Assembly (NCBI GenBank): GCA_964016885.1
Contig: OZ024744.1
Coordinates: 77,128,001-77,192,000, forward strand
DNA from: Eledone cirrhosa
Lineage: Eukaryota
DNA: 64,000 nt
Reading direction: 5' to 3'
The stretch's first letter is position 1. Every line of letters begins with the position of its first letter. Of the stretch, positions 50,779 through 64,000 are shown piece after piece. The position numbers and the translations under genes are program-made. A model generated the notes under the pieces. That model was not told the DNA's origin. It did no database searches and saw only the letters and a list, made by a program, of their open reading frames with translations.

Positions 50779-51614
50779 ATATTCTTCCTCATCGGCAGTC
50801 TCTCGTAATCGAATATGACATATGACTAGAGATTAGAATTTTTTTTTTCTCAAATTATTATAGTTAAGCAATGAAGAAACAATGCTTCACTCTTTCATGA
50901 GATTGTCGACCAAAAGTACTGACAAATCTGACAAAATCACGCCCGAAGATACAGAAAGAATACAGTTGGCCGTGGCAGTGCAGTAGATCTTGCTTTGGTT
51001 CATTTTCTCTTTCGTTCTTGTTGTTCTGATCAGTTTGAGTCTGTAACTTTTTACTCCTTTCTTCACAGCTCTCCTCCATTTTGTTTTTTTTTTTTTTTGC
51101 GATCAATCGCTGTTTCTTCCATGTTGTCGTAATCAGACCTCATGCTTCATTGAGATGACGTTTGATGACATCTCTTACAATGGAGTTTTGTGTGTCCGCT
51201 TTAATGGCTTCTATATTTCAGCTCATTGCGCAGTACAGCCCAACTTAGCTGCGATTTCAACAGAATGAATTCAACATTTACCAGCTTTGTACTTTTGAAC
51301 GTTTCAGGACCACCTAGTTGGAAATGTAGTTTCGATAGGAAAAACGGCTCGTAGATGGCGCAACTGACAGCTCCTAAGCTTTTTTTTTAATGTTGACAAT
51401 AGAGTGTGTACATTTCAAAGGTGTACAACAGACAGGATAGCATTACTGCTCGGTACACTTTACATTTTGTTGACAGTTTTACACCTCATTGTTTCCATAG
51501 ACCAGAGGTTCTAAAAATGTTGAGGCCACCGCCCCCTCCCCCTCACGGCCACATAATACCCTCAGTGCTTTCCACTTCTATTTCCAGAGAGACCTACCTT
51601 TACGCAAATTGTAA

Positions 51615-52227
<613 letters not shown>

Positions 52228-52232
52228 ATATA

Positions 52233-52304
<72 letters not shown>

Positions 52305-52731
52305 TTAGTTAAGCAAAGCAAGACCACAAATTTCACAAGGAAGATATTATTAAAAGATTGTCAACATATTTTAGTTTGATGTAAGGAATGTAGAGAATAA
52401 TAATAATAATATTAATAATAATAATGTCCGTTTACAATTGTTTCGCTACTCCATATAATATTTCTGGATCAGATGACTATATATCATAATTGATCTGGTT
52501 CAGTTGAAAACAATTAACATATTTAAAAGACAGAGCGGCTCATTGGAATTTCAAAGGAATATAAATTAAAATAATGAGAGAATGTTACATAATATAATGT
52601 TCCAAATATTGGTTTTTACTATGGTGTCTTGGTTGCATCAGTTGTCAGCCATAATCAAGCAGTATTCATCTGTCGAGGCTGCATTGTGTGAGATCTGCCT
52701 ATGGGTAACAAGATGGCTGCCAAAGGGCATA

Positions 52732-53532
52732 TTTATATATCCTTTGTCTCTCTGTCTCTCTGTCTCTCTGTCTCTCTGTTTCCTTATGCATTCTCAAACG
52801 GTTCGACCAAATCAAATGAAATTTTACATGTAATTAACATGTAATTTTTATTTTCATTTGGATTCAAACAATATAACATTCTATCTAAAATATTCTACTA
52901 TAGACTATAAGTAAACGACATTTTATAACACGACGACGACGACGACGTCACATTTTGTATATGTGTCTGTAAGTGTGTGTGTGTTTGCGCGTTTGTTACA
53001 TACGTTAGGCTTTAGTAAGTTACATACACATACATCTTCACGTAAATATTTAATCAGATACACAGAGAATTAAACACACACATCTACACATACATATACA
53101 TATGTAATGAATGACAACTATGTGTGTGTGAGTGTATGTGAGGTTGAATTTAAGAGGCTTCAGTTACCAGTCAAACTAAGTTTTGTTACTTCAATTAACA
53201 AATTTCAGGGTCAACCCCTCAAGGTAGTTGGACTTGATCTCTCTACTACATATTTCTCCCACTGTCAACTCTATGTCGGTTGCTCACGAGTTGGGAGCAG
53301 CAACAATTTATTCATTTGGACACCAACACAATAAATATTGTTTACCTGAGGTGCTTCAAGGTTGACAAATTTTCATTTCTAAATTCTATTATCATTACAA
53401 TTTTGATATTTTTTAAAATAAAATTTAGATATTTTGAAATAATTATGATAAAAAAATATATCTCCATATTTATAGTTTACTAATCTGAATAAGAACAGCT
53501 GAAACCCGGGCAACGCCAAGTCATTCAGCTAG
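52732..53532 (+). mobile_element. Non-autonomous Helitron with a Pif1-helicase remnant
   Basis: FKRLQLPVKLSFVTSINKFQGQ...FSHCQLYVGCSRV; 3' end ACCCGGGCAACGCC...CTAG followed by T; 5' boundary approximate. Confidence 0.8.
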
Positions 53533-55720
53533 TAATATATAATAAATAAAATCGCTAATTATAAAATGAATAATATAATATATACTATGTATAAATAAAT
53601 ATTACATATTTTTATGTTACTATATTTATACATAATATGTATCATTTGATATTTAATATACTAATATAACATCTCTACCACCCCTTCCACTACGCCTTTA
53701 GTCCCCAACGCCCCCTGGACCTTCTCAACGCCCTCCTATGGGCTGAAACGCCCACTTTGAGAACCTCTGCCATAGACAATCATTGAGCTTCCCGAAAGCG
53801 ACCACAGCAGACTAGGTGCGGAGCTCCACCTCCGTATCAAGTCTGTTGTCATCAGAAATTGTACCACCGAAATAATTGAAATCCTTCACTACAGTCAGAT
53901 GTTGATTCGTGATCAGGATGGTCAGAGGTTCATATTCTAGCATTCCAGGTTCAGGCCGGTACAAGATTTCAGTTGTTCTTACATTGATTGAGAGGCCGAA
54001 AACTGTTGCAGTTCATTCGAAATGACGTGTAATTCTCTGAATACCATCCAATAAGTTGGCCTCTAGAGCTGTGTCATCAGTATGATACACATATCACGGA
54101 AATTTCTAAAGGTTCTCGCTCTGGATGGGTTTAACAATCCACCATCAACTCTTGTGTGGATATATTCTCCACCTGTGTACTTGCAGCCATATTTTCAAGC
54201 AGAACACCCAAGAATAATGCGAAACAGCCTTGCTGTACCCCATGGACAACTAGAGATGAGGCTGGGCTTCCGCTCCCTATTGAGACCGTATTAGACATAT
54301 TATCGTAGAATTTACTATGTCCAGACATCCATACCTATTGAACAGGGTTAATAACTCCTCTCTTCCTAAAATATCGGGTGCCTTTGTAAAGTCAGTGAAT
54401 ACAATAAAAAGTAGGAATCGTTGTTCAATAGCTTTATCCTGGAAATTTTTCAAGGTGAAAATCATACCATTGATGTTTCGAAATACACGGATTCCCCATT
54501 GAATTTTAGGAAGGATTCGTTCACATATTTTCTAAAATCATCTAAGCAATATTTTCGTTAGAATTTTCCCAGCGATTGAGAGAAGGGAAATTCCTCGTCA
54601 TTTCCACTGTCCAGTAGGTTCTATACACTCTTCCACTTGTAGATTATTAGAACATCTTTGAATTGTTGCAAGAGGTTTCTATACCCTCAACATTCTCTGA
54701 AGAATTGGAGTGGTATATGGTGCAATTCCATCCCACTGCATTTATAGACCTCCATGGAATGCAGTCAACGCCAGGTGTCTTTCCCGATTTTATCCCTCAG
54801 ATTGCAGTTAGCAGCTCCTCCATATTAAGTGATAGATTTAAACTGGTTCTTTCTGGAAGTTGTTAGATACTTTCCAGAGCCTCATGAGAAATTATTGAAG
54901 GTTGGTTGAATAGTTCATTAAAATGGTCTTACCAACGTTCCCTTTATTCATGTTCTATCTCGTTTCTACCACCATTCTCAGATTGACATAAACTCCCCCT
55001 CATAATGGAAACCAGCAGGTGTCTGGATCTCAGTCACCTTGTGGGTCTTACCATTTATATTTCAATAACCACAGTTTCTTTTGTAGTAGGATGTTTGAAT
55101 CTTTGAGTCACCTGGAATCTTACTGTTAATCATGTCTGTAGCTTGATAGTATTTAATGTTCTCAAATATATCTGCCGTGTATGTGGGCTGTTTACAACAA
55201 CTTGATAGTATTTATGCTACTTAGACATATCTGCTGTATCATCTGATTATTTTCATCAAACCAATCAGTGTACTTTTCTTTAGAGAAACTGATTGAGGAA
55301 GCAACCGTTATATATATATATTGCCTCACACAACCTTCCTCAACAAGTGTCAGCTGGCATATATCAGGCAACATCTGTAAGTAGTAGGTCAAGTTTCTGA
55401 AAGTGTACGTCGCACCATAGAATTTTTTAGTTGACTGACACCCAATCTTTTTGGTGCAATTTTTCCAGCATTCATATATTTTAGTCTCAGACAAATTTCA
55501 TGTAGTGCATATCAGTACAGGATTAGTAGAGTAGTCGTACCCCCTCGTGGCACGGGTACAGCTTAAAACAATAATGTCGTTCCTTCAGGTAAGTACGTAA
55601 TCCAGAAAATGCTTTTGCTTCAGTGGTGGATGTCACCAAATGTAAAACAAATTTTCAGCAAGTTGGAAAAAGGTGTTTGTCACAGTCAAATCGCATTTAC
55701 TGCATAGCTTCAGAAGAAGT

Positions 55721-56066
55721 TGAATGTTGGATTCTTATAGAATTCCAGTAATAATCAGGAACTGATTATACAAAGCGGTTGATATTTCAGAGCACCAATT
55801 CTAATTTTCAATTTTTGCTTGACCGGCAACCGCTCTGTATAATCAGTTCCTGATTATTACTGGAATTCTGTAAGAACCCAACATTCATAATTTTCAGCGG
55901 ACAGGCGGAGTAGTTAGCTTTGATAAGTACCAAAAAGTACGAAACACAGCTCTGTCAGCTTTATTTCCCCTGTTTGCTCAAAATTGAAGTAATGAGACTC
56001 ACTACAATAGCGTAAGATCTTCGAAATGCTTTTAATTAAGCATACAGTGTATTGCAAAATACACTA
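55721..56066 (+). mobile_element. Fold-back element with a decayed hammerhead (H5)
   Basis: Arms 55721-55781 and 55827-55887; agct TTGATAA gtac caaaaa gtac GAAAC acagctct GTC agct at 55916-55960; its 3' end recurs inverted at 57549-57605. Confidence 0.65.
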
Positions 56067-56074
56067 TATATACA

Positions 56075-56143
<69 letters not shown>

Positions 56144-56324
56144 GGAAAAAATTAAACGAAGTTTCATTTCTCACTCTTAGTACGGCTGTTACATTTTTTC
56201 CGTTTATCGTTTTCGGTACCCCAGCCGATTAACTCACTCGATATGCAAATTAGGCTGCTCAGCCGTTAATATGCATAAGGAAAGTATATACTTTCAGACG
56301 TTCAATCATCTGGCAGGAAGGTAT

Positions 56325-56367
56325 ACGTTGCTGACGATAGCTAATAAGCTTGAAACTAGTACAGCGT
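56325..56367 (+). ncRNA. Minimal type I hammerhead motif with palindromic stem III
   Basis: acgttg CTGACGA tagctaataagctt GAAAC ta GTA cagcgt. Confidence 0.75.
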
Positions 56368-56753
56368 TCCTTTGTCAATGTTGAACAAATGAGCAACGAT
56401 GCTTACTAGACACTGTACGGCTTAATTTGGGATGTTTGTTTACAAACACACCGAGCATTATAATAAATGTTCGGTGAATCCATACGTGCATATATATATG
56501 TGTGCATGTATGTATATATATATACATACTACTGTACGTCTGTATACATATATGTATGTACGTATACATACTTATTTTTAAGTAACAGCCGTACTAAGAG
56601 TGAGAAATGAAATTTCGTTTCATTTTTTCCGTTTATCGTTTTCGGTACCCCGGCCGATTAACTCACTCGATATGCAAATTAGGCTGCTCAGCCGTTAATA
56701 TGCATAAGGAAAGTATATACTTTCAGACATTCAATCATCTGGCAGGAAGGTAT

Positions 56754-56796
56754 ACATTGCTGACGATAGCTAATAAGCTTGAAACTAGTACAGCGT
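56754..56796 (+). ncRNA. Second copy of the minimal type I hammerhead motif
   Basis: acattg CTGACGA tagctaataagctt GAAAC ta GTA cagcgt. Confidence 0.7.
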
Positions 56797-56979
56797 TCCT
56801 TTGTCAGTGTTGAACAAATGAACACGGCTTAATTCGGGATGTTGTTTACAAACACACCGAGCATTATAATAAATGTTCGGTGAATCCATACGTACATATA
56901 TATATGTGTGCATGTATGTATATATATATATACATACTACTGTACGTCTGTATACATATATGTATGTACGTATACATAC

Positions 56980-57047
<68 letters not shown>

Positions 57048-57177
57048 AGAAGTTCTATTTAAATTGTTGGGATACAACAAGCAAATATTTTTATAACTGA
57101 CATAAAGCACTCAACAAATTATTGGAGTAAAAATACGATATATTAACAAATGGAAACTATATTTATAAAACCATATT

Positions 57178-57242
57178 TATTTTATTATACATATTTCAAG
57201 GACACCAAGTTAAATTATGGTGTGCTTTCATCAGATAAAATA
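57178..57242 (-). ncRNA. Minimal type I hammerhead motif
   Basis: Minus strand: tattttat CTGATGA aagcacacca taatttaact tggtgtcctt GAAA tatgta TA ataaaata. Confidence 0.8.
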
Positions 57243-57409
57243 TAATATAGAGCAGTTTTATAAATAAATATTGACATACCCTTAAAGAATGCGACCATTT
57301 CTTTAAGAGTATGTCAATTTAAGGGTATGTCCATTTGGGAGCTTCCAACAGTAATGGTCGCATTCTTTAAGGGTATGTCAATATTTATTTATAAAACAGC
57401 TCTATATTA

Positions 57410-57474
57410 TATTTTATCTGATGAAAGCACACCATAATTTAACTTGAAGTCCTTGAAATATGTATAATGAAATA
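57410..57474 (+). ncRNA. Minimal type I hammerhead motif (stem II partly decayed)
   Basis: tattttat CTGATGA aagcacacca...tgaagtcctt GAAA tatgta TA atgaaata. Confidence 0.7.
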
Positions 57475-57516
57475 AATATGGTTTTATAAATATAGTTTCC
57501 ATTTGTTAATATATCG

Positions 57517-57549
<33 letters not shown>

Positions 57550-57607
57550 AGTGTATTTTGCAATACACTGTATGCTTAATTAATAGCATTTTGAAGACCT
57601 TACGTAT

Positions 57608-57783
57608 ATTGGCAGTATCGGTAGAGGGTCGGATGCCATGCTTTGACGCATAGAGTTACAGCCCTTTCCATTCTGAGTTCAAATCTCGCCGAGGTTACCT
57701 TTGCCTCTCATCCATACGGGGTCGATAAAATAAAGTACCAGTAATACACTGGGATAATTGCTGGATTTGTGCCAAAATGTAGA

Positions 57784-57788
<5 letters not shown>
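57608..57788 (+). mobile_element. tRNA-derived SINE
   Basis: Same family as 3375. Confidence 0.9.
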
Positions 57789-57820
<32 letters not shown>

Positions 57821-57861
57821 TGTATGTGTGTGTGTGTGTGTGTATTAATATATACACACAC

Positions 57862-57895
<34 letters not shown>

Positions 57896-57973
57896 ACATA
57901 TAGTAGTGAGAGATGGGGAGAGCGATAGAGGCGGAGGCAGTGACAATGGGAATTTGATTCTATTATGTTCAAT

Positions 57974-58155
57974 TGGATTGGCAGTATCGGTAGAGGGTCG
58001 GACGCCATGCTTTGACGCATAGAGTTACGGCCCTTGCCATTCTGAGTTCAAATCCCGCCGAGGTTAACTTTGCCTTTCATCCTTACGGGGGTCGTGAAAA
58101 TAAAGTACCAGTAATGCACTGGGTAATTGCTGACCTTGTGCCAAAAGTAGAAACA
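57974..58155 (+). mobile_element. tRNA-derived SINE with 12-bp TSD
   Basis: ATTATGTTCAAT at 57962 and 58156. Confidence 0.9.
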
Positions 58156-58218
58156 ATTATGTTCAATACTTGTTAGGAATATTTAGTTTCAGTGTATATG
58201 TAGATGCACACACACACG

Positions 58219-58308
<90 letters not shown>

Positions 58309-58589
58309 TATATGAAAATGCAAGAATCCCAAATGCAGAAAATATCTGTAACGATAGTCGGTTGCTAAAAATAATAACTTTAGGAACCCGGGTAAAATAG
58401 CCATGAAAGAGGTAGAGAAGTGGTCAGCAGCGTTGCTGTACAGAGGAGAGTAGACACCCTTGTACCAGAGACGGTCGAGGTCTTAGACAATTTTATGTTG
58501 GTACATACATGGATTGTGGCTGTCAGCACGGCTATTATGTATGAGTGTGTTTGGGTGAAGATGAATATGCTCTCGAATTTCTATGCGTG

Positions 58590-58650
<61 letters not shown>

Positions 58651-58818
58651 ATACTTTGGGAGGGTCATATTGCCAATAAGAAACACACGCACCAGTTGCT
58701 TTCACTTCAATTTATTATAAATTAAATTTATAAATTTAGGAATTTATAGATTTCCGGTTGGTTGGTTGGTTGGTTGGTTGGTTGGTTGGTCCCACAACCA
58801 GATGATTGTTTATATATT

Positions 58819-58861
58819 GTCAAAGTTCTTTCGTCACACATTCTGTGACCTCTTCAGTGAC
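58819..58861 (-). ncRNA. Hammerhead motif, family H3 (element ~58643-58960)
   Basis: Minus strand: gtca CTGAAGA g gtcaca gaatg tgtgac GAAA g aa c TT tgac. Confidence 0.7.
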
Positions 58862-59246
58862 TGGGATTCTTTTCTTTGTTTTTGTGCCTCTCCTTTCTTC
58901 TGTCCTACACCATCTTGTTTTTGTGTGTGTGTTGTGTGCTTAGTTTGCGCATGTGCTTAGTTTGCGCATGATATACATACATATATATATATATATATCA
59001 AATGTATATATTGAGTTAGGAACTCAAAATAGTCTCTTACAACAAAATAGCTCCAAGAAAGAGATATTTTTGAGCCGTATATTATAATAGAAAATAAAAG
59101 AAAAACGAACACAGATATATAGATATATGTGTTCAAATCGTAAGGGACCGGATTCGCTAAGGTGAAAAGAATACTAACTATTCGCTTGTCTCAATTTAAG
59201 AAAAAATTAAGAAAATAAATACAAACCGGAATTGTGGTAACTACCA

Positions 59247-59321
59247 ATCACCCAGACAACTTGTTGTTTTGCAAAGTTAATTGTGAATAGAAATACCAAT
59301 CCAAGCTCATCAGTGGGTGAT
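59247..59321 (-). ncRNA. Type I hammerhead motif with one core substitution (H7)
   Basis: Minus strand: atcaccca CTGATGA gc...gc AAAAC aac aa gtt GTC tgggtgat. Confidence 0.7.
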
Positions 59322-59647
59322 AAATTAGTATCCTAGACACATCTATGTATGCTATATATAAAATATAAAACACCGCACATGGCATCCTAGCGAGTCTCAC
59401 AAACCCCCACCACTAAAAATACCAGCCAGGTTTACTCGACATTTGAAATAGCTCAACAAATTAACGGAGCCGAATATATATATATATATATTTAAAACAA
59501 TGAACTAAAAAATCAAGTCATTAGAGAAATACTTCACTGCTTTACGATCGTTTCTAGATGATGATAATACATTGTAGCTATACTCAGTAATTGATCTATG
59601 TAAGGTTACTTACAAACTATCAGATAAAGAGAATATATATACACACA

Positions 59648-60142
59648 CAGATTGAAAAGTAACTCTATTGAACGCCGAAAGGTACCTCACCATCTTGCAA
59701 GATGAAATCTGGCCAGTTATCTGTACTTGGGAGAATATTGAAGATTTGATTTTTCATGCAAGATGTTCGTGAAAGGCTGAATGCCCACTTCCTGCGCAGA
59801 TGGATGAATCGTCGTGGTCCGCATGACTTAACACCCTGCGACTTTTTTCTTTGAGGTCAGTTAAAGGAGCAAGTCTACTCTACCAAACCAACCACTTTGG
59901 AAGAACTTGAAGGGCGAATACGAGAAGTTATGTTTTCCATCCCACAAGAGTTCCTGTTGAAATCAGTTGATGCGGTTCCCGAACAGCTTGAGAAGCTCGT
60001 GGTGAATGCTGGTGCCCATATCAAATTTTAAATAAAACTCCATGCTATACGGTTTCTTCTCATATTCATTTCTTGTAAAAATTGTAGTTAAGAAATAAAT
60101 TATAAGAATTTAAAAATAGGGAATTACTTATCAATCACCCTG
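59648..60142 (+). mobile_element. Internally deleted Tc1/mariner-superfamily transposon
   Basis: RWMNRRGPH-DLTPCDFFL*GQLKEQVYSTKPTTLEELEGRI; right end TACTTATCAATCACCCTG; decayed left end; extra inverted TIR piece at 60157. Confidence 0.8.
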
Positions 60143-60196
60143 TGTATATATATATACAGAGTGATTGATAAGTATATATATATATATATACATATA

Positions 60197-60536
60197 TATA
60201 AAGAAAAAAAGATGAAATCGAAAATGCAACTGGAGTCTTATTTTTTTTTAAATATATATATTTATTTGGTTCCTTTACCGGTTTCGCAGTTCTTCTGCTT
60301 TTCAAAAGTAGAGTTGAGATGGTGGGTCTGTGCTTTTTCTCATGTGAGAAAAACCACAGACCCTCCATCTCAACTCTACTTTTGAAAAGCAGAAGAAGTG
60401 CTAAAAATAAATATCTATATTTTTTTTTAAAATATGACTCTAGTTGCATTTTCGATTTCATTTTTTTTTCTTTATACTTTCACTCGTGTAGGACACCTCG
60501 GTTATTTTTCATTTTGTAAAAAAACCTCACTTTCTA
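60197..60536 (+). mobile_element. Fold-back element with a decayed hammerhead (H8)
   Basis: Arms 60197-60342 and 60345-60476, tail to 60536; minus strand 60273-60308: ctt TTGAAAA gcag aagaa ctgc GAAAC cg GTA aag. Confidence 0.7.
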
Positions 60537-60673
<137 letters not shown>

Positions 60674-60710
60674 ATTAAATAAATGGAAACTATATTTATA
60701 AAACCATATT

Positions 60711-60776
60711 TATTTCGTTATATATATTTCAGGGATATCATATTAACAATATGTTATGCCTTCTTCAGACAAAATA
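60711..60776 (-). ncRNA. Minimal type I hammerhead motif
   Basis: Exact reverse complement of 61620-61685. Confidence 0.8.
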
Positions 60777-61619
60777 CAATATAAACAGTCTTATAAATAA
60801 ATAGATACGACATACCTTTCAATCACCTTGCATTTGGGAGGTTGATTTGGCAGTAAAAAATATTGTGGACAGTTGTAAAAAGAAAGAGAGAAAGAAAGAA
60901 AGAAAGAGAAACGAAGAAAAAGAAGAGATGCATGTGACTAAATAGAGAGATATAGAAAGATAGATAAAGAGAAGAACTTCATGTAAAGAAACAGAGAGAA
61001 ATATATATAGAGAGAGGAAAAAAGAAAGAAATAGAGATAGATAGATAGAGAAACTAGGAAGTTGAGTATCGGTTGATACATTTATTTATTTATTTATTTA
61101 TTTATTTAGCTCTAGTATTTTATACGAACTAATATTTTCTACGGGATAAAACATAGCGGTTTTAAATTCTGCCTCGTTTATGTTTCATTTTCTCTTTTTC
61201 ATTTTCTCTTTTTTCTCTCTATATAACGGCTATTTTCTCTCTTGACTACATACATCTCTCTTTACATTAATACTAGAGCTAAATAAATAAATAAATAAAT
61301 AAATAAATGTATCAACCGATACTCAACTTCCTAGTTTCTCTATCTATCTCTATCTATTTCTTTCTTTTTTCCTCTCTCTATATATATTTCTCTCTGTTTC
61401 TTTACATGAAGTTCTTCTCTTTATCTATCTTTCTATATCTCTCTATTTAGTCACATGCATCTCTTCTTTTTCTTCGTTTCTCTTTCTTTCTTTCTTTCTT
61501 TCTTTCTCTCTTTCTTTTTACAACTGTCCACAATATTTTTTACTGCCAAATCAACCTCCCAAATGCAAGGTGATTGAAAGGTATGTCGTATCTATTTATT
61601 TATAAGACTGTTTATATTG

Positions 61620-61685
61620 TATTTTGTCTGAAGAAGGCATAACATATTGTTAATATGATATCCCTGAAATATATATAACGAAATA
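61620..61685 (+). ncRNA. Minimal type I hammerhead motif
   Basis: tattttgt CTGAAGA aggcataacatatt gtt aatatgatatccct GAAA tatata TA acgaaata; predicted cut after 61677. Confidence 0.8.
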
Positions 61686-61815
61686 AATATGGTTTTATAA
61701 ATATAGTTTCCATTTATTTAATATCATAAATATACTCCAAATACTTGTTGAGTGCTTTTATATCAGTTAAAAATATTTACTCGTTGTTAACCCAACAATT
61801 TAAATATAACTTTCC

Positions 61816-62267
<452 letters not shown>

Positions 62268-62282
62268 GTTTTTTTTTTGTTT

Positions 62283-62383
<101 letters not shown>

Positions 62384-62385
62384 GA

Positions 62386-62443
<58 letters not shown>

Positions 62444-62451
62444 CTGTATAT

Positions 62452-62525
62452 CAATAATATTAATAAACGGAAGCTATCTTTATAAAACCATATTTATTTT
62501 ATTATATATATTTCAAGAGTAATTG
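62452..62525 (-). mobile_element. Truncated H1 arm
   Basis: GGAAGCTATCTTTATAAAACCATATTTATTTTTATTATATATATTTCAAG matches the H1 terminus. Confidence 0.7.
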
Positions 62526-62526
62526 C

Positions 62527-62563
<37 letters not shown>

Positions 62564-63312
62564 TGCGTGCGCGTGTGTGTGTGTGTATGTGTGTAATAAA
62601 AAGCAGTGCTGGTGATGGGGTGTGACACATCAAGCAGAAAGAGACCGTTATAAAGTTATCCGTTATAAAAGCAACTAAGACACAACAGTTTTTAAGAGAT
62701 ATCGGAAACGTCGTAATTATCTCCCTTAGACCAAGAAATAATATAGACATGACTAGTACAGCTTGTCAGACAGCTTGTCAGACTGTCAGGCTGTGAAGTT
62801 GTCAAGTTATTCGAGGTGAATATATAACACTATGATCAGACAAAAGGATGATGACATCCAACGCTTTTACCGTCTTGTCAGCAGGGTGTGGATGCATCAC
62901 TTCTGTGCTCTTGCCCCAAGCCCAGAGCCCAATCACCCTCCTCCTTCACCCCTCCCCTCTCTTCTGCGACACCAGAGCTGATGCCACACACACACCCCCC
63001 TTCCCGATATTTTTCTTCTTTCTTTTACCTCTTTTTTTTTTCTATATTTTCCGCCCTATATATTCTTATTCTTTTCTTTCCTTTTATTTCCCCTTCTTTT
63101 TTATTATTTCTATATTAGCAAAATGTTCATGAAAAATACAAAATTAAAGAAATTAAAGTTTTTTTACTTTAATTTACTGTAATACAAATTTTCGCTATAA
63201 TCTCTCAAATAGTAAAGATACAATAAACATTTGAATTAAGAAACATGGAAGAACCATATTAGGAAGCTATTTGGTATATTATATGTACAACATAGATGAA
63301 TGACTGTATCAC

Positions 63313-63377
<65 letters not shown>

Positions 63378-63378
63378 C

Positions 63379-63416
<38 letters not shown>

Positions 63417-63639
63417 GGTCCGCTGGAAGGAATGTTTGAGGACTATGCTCTCACAACCCTCCCAGGAATAAGTGAGAGGAACGGCAAAAAGAAGAAGAAG
63501 AAGAAGAAGAAGAAGAAGAAGAAGAAGAAGAAGAAGAAGAAGAAGAAGAAGAAGAAGAAGAAGAAGAAGAAGAAGAAGAAGAAGAAGAAGAAGAAGAAGA
63601 AGAAGAAGAAGAAGAAGAAGAAGAAGAAGAAGAAGAAGA
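63313..63639 (+). repeat. (TAG)n, Rex3-like RTE 3' end (63417-63480) and (GAA)n tail
   Basis: CCGCTGGA...TTTGAGGACT...CCCAGGAATAAGTG matches 20411-20466. Confidence 0.8.
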
Positions 63640-63781
63640 TTGACTAATCGATAGCAGTTAGGCTAATATTATAGAATTGCATAACTAATATCGATTATTG
63701 ATAATTTGTTCGTTGAATAATCGATTCATTAAGCACAGAACCTCTTTTCTTTTTCATCGCTCAACCTATATATATATATTA

Positions 63782-64000
63782 AACTTTAGGACACATCTCC
63801 CCGTTAGGTTAATAGCACCTTCCAAATCAGACCTAGGTAGGGCCAGTAACAATATCATAGATAGGATCCTACCGGTACTTAGGAATGAAACTAGGCTTAG
63901 CTTATGGACCTCCACCAAGGAGGTAATAGACTGGTTCTCACTATTAGATAGCAAACATCAGGTAAATTTCTTTCAGTTGGACATAGCGAATTACTACGCG
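63782..64000 (+). mobile_element. Penelope-like element reverse transcriptase fragment, open to the window end
   Basis: Stop-free frame NFRTHLPVRLIAPSKSDLGRASNNIIDRILPVLRNETRLSLWTSTKEVIDWFSLLDSKHQVNFFQLDIANYYA, resembling the RLI.P.KS.LG...W....VI.WF...F...DI...Y N-terminal RT motifs of PLEs (recognised from memory); starts after (TA)n. Confidence 0.7.

Larger units (their letters stand above)
56140..56985 (+). mobile_element. Tandem dimer with an inverted 5' piece (H6, retrozyme/pseudo-LTR-like)
   Basis: Direct repeats ~56192-56577 and ~56621-56985; 56140-56192 is the reverse complement of 56582-56634. Confidence 0.85.
57048..57518 (-). mobile_element. Fold-back hammerhead element, family H1
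   Basis: Tail 57048-57133; arms 57134-57299 and 57353-57518. Confidence 0.85.

Noticed and set aside
53107-53334. Host PIF1 helicase exon
   Set aside because: The motifs are degenerate and followed by a Helitron-type hairpin and CTAG end.
58300-58595. Unique-looking segment between TA tracts (also 62590-63130)
   Set aside because: No ORF motif, ribozyme core or repeat partner found within the window; left unassigned.

Overview
Repeat-saturated, AT-rich animal DNA with no recognisable host gene. The SINE set and microsatellite load suggest an octopod cephalopod (inference only). 4.3-43 kb is a pile-up of Tx1/L1-clade non-LTR retrotransposons from four related families. Families A and B sit head-to-tail in a (GATA)n array, C and D are bordered by (ATT)n, and a Dong/R4-type element shares that (TAA)n array. 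The remainder holds RTE, R4-like, hAT, Helitron, Tc1/mariner and tRNA-derived SINE remnants. The signal not shown by the ORF track is a dense set of short non-coding fold-back or tandem elements, mostly in (TA)n/(CA)n tracts, that carry minimal type I hammerhead ribozyme motifs. There are about eight distinct sequence types. One family has three copies with a ribozyme on each strand, compensatory stem changes and a conserved unpaired tail. These resemble Penelope-like pseudo-LTR/retrozyme units, and a Penelope-like RT fragment begins at the right edge of the window. A second, more speculative signal is the conserved placement of splice-donor and acceptor motifs at the ORF1/ORF2 boundaries of the Tx1 families. 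All structures were read by eye; element boundaries are approximate.
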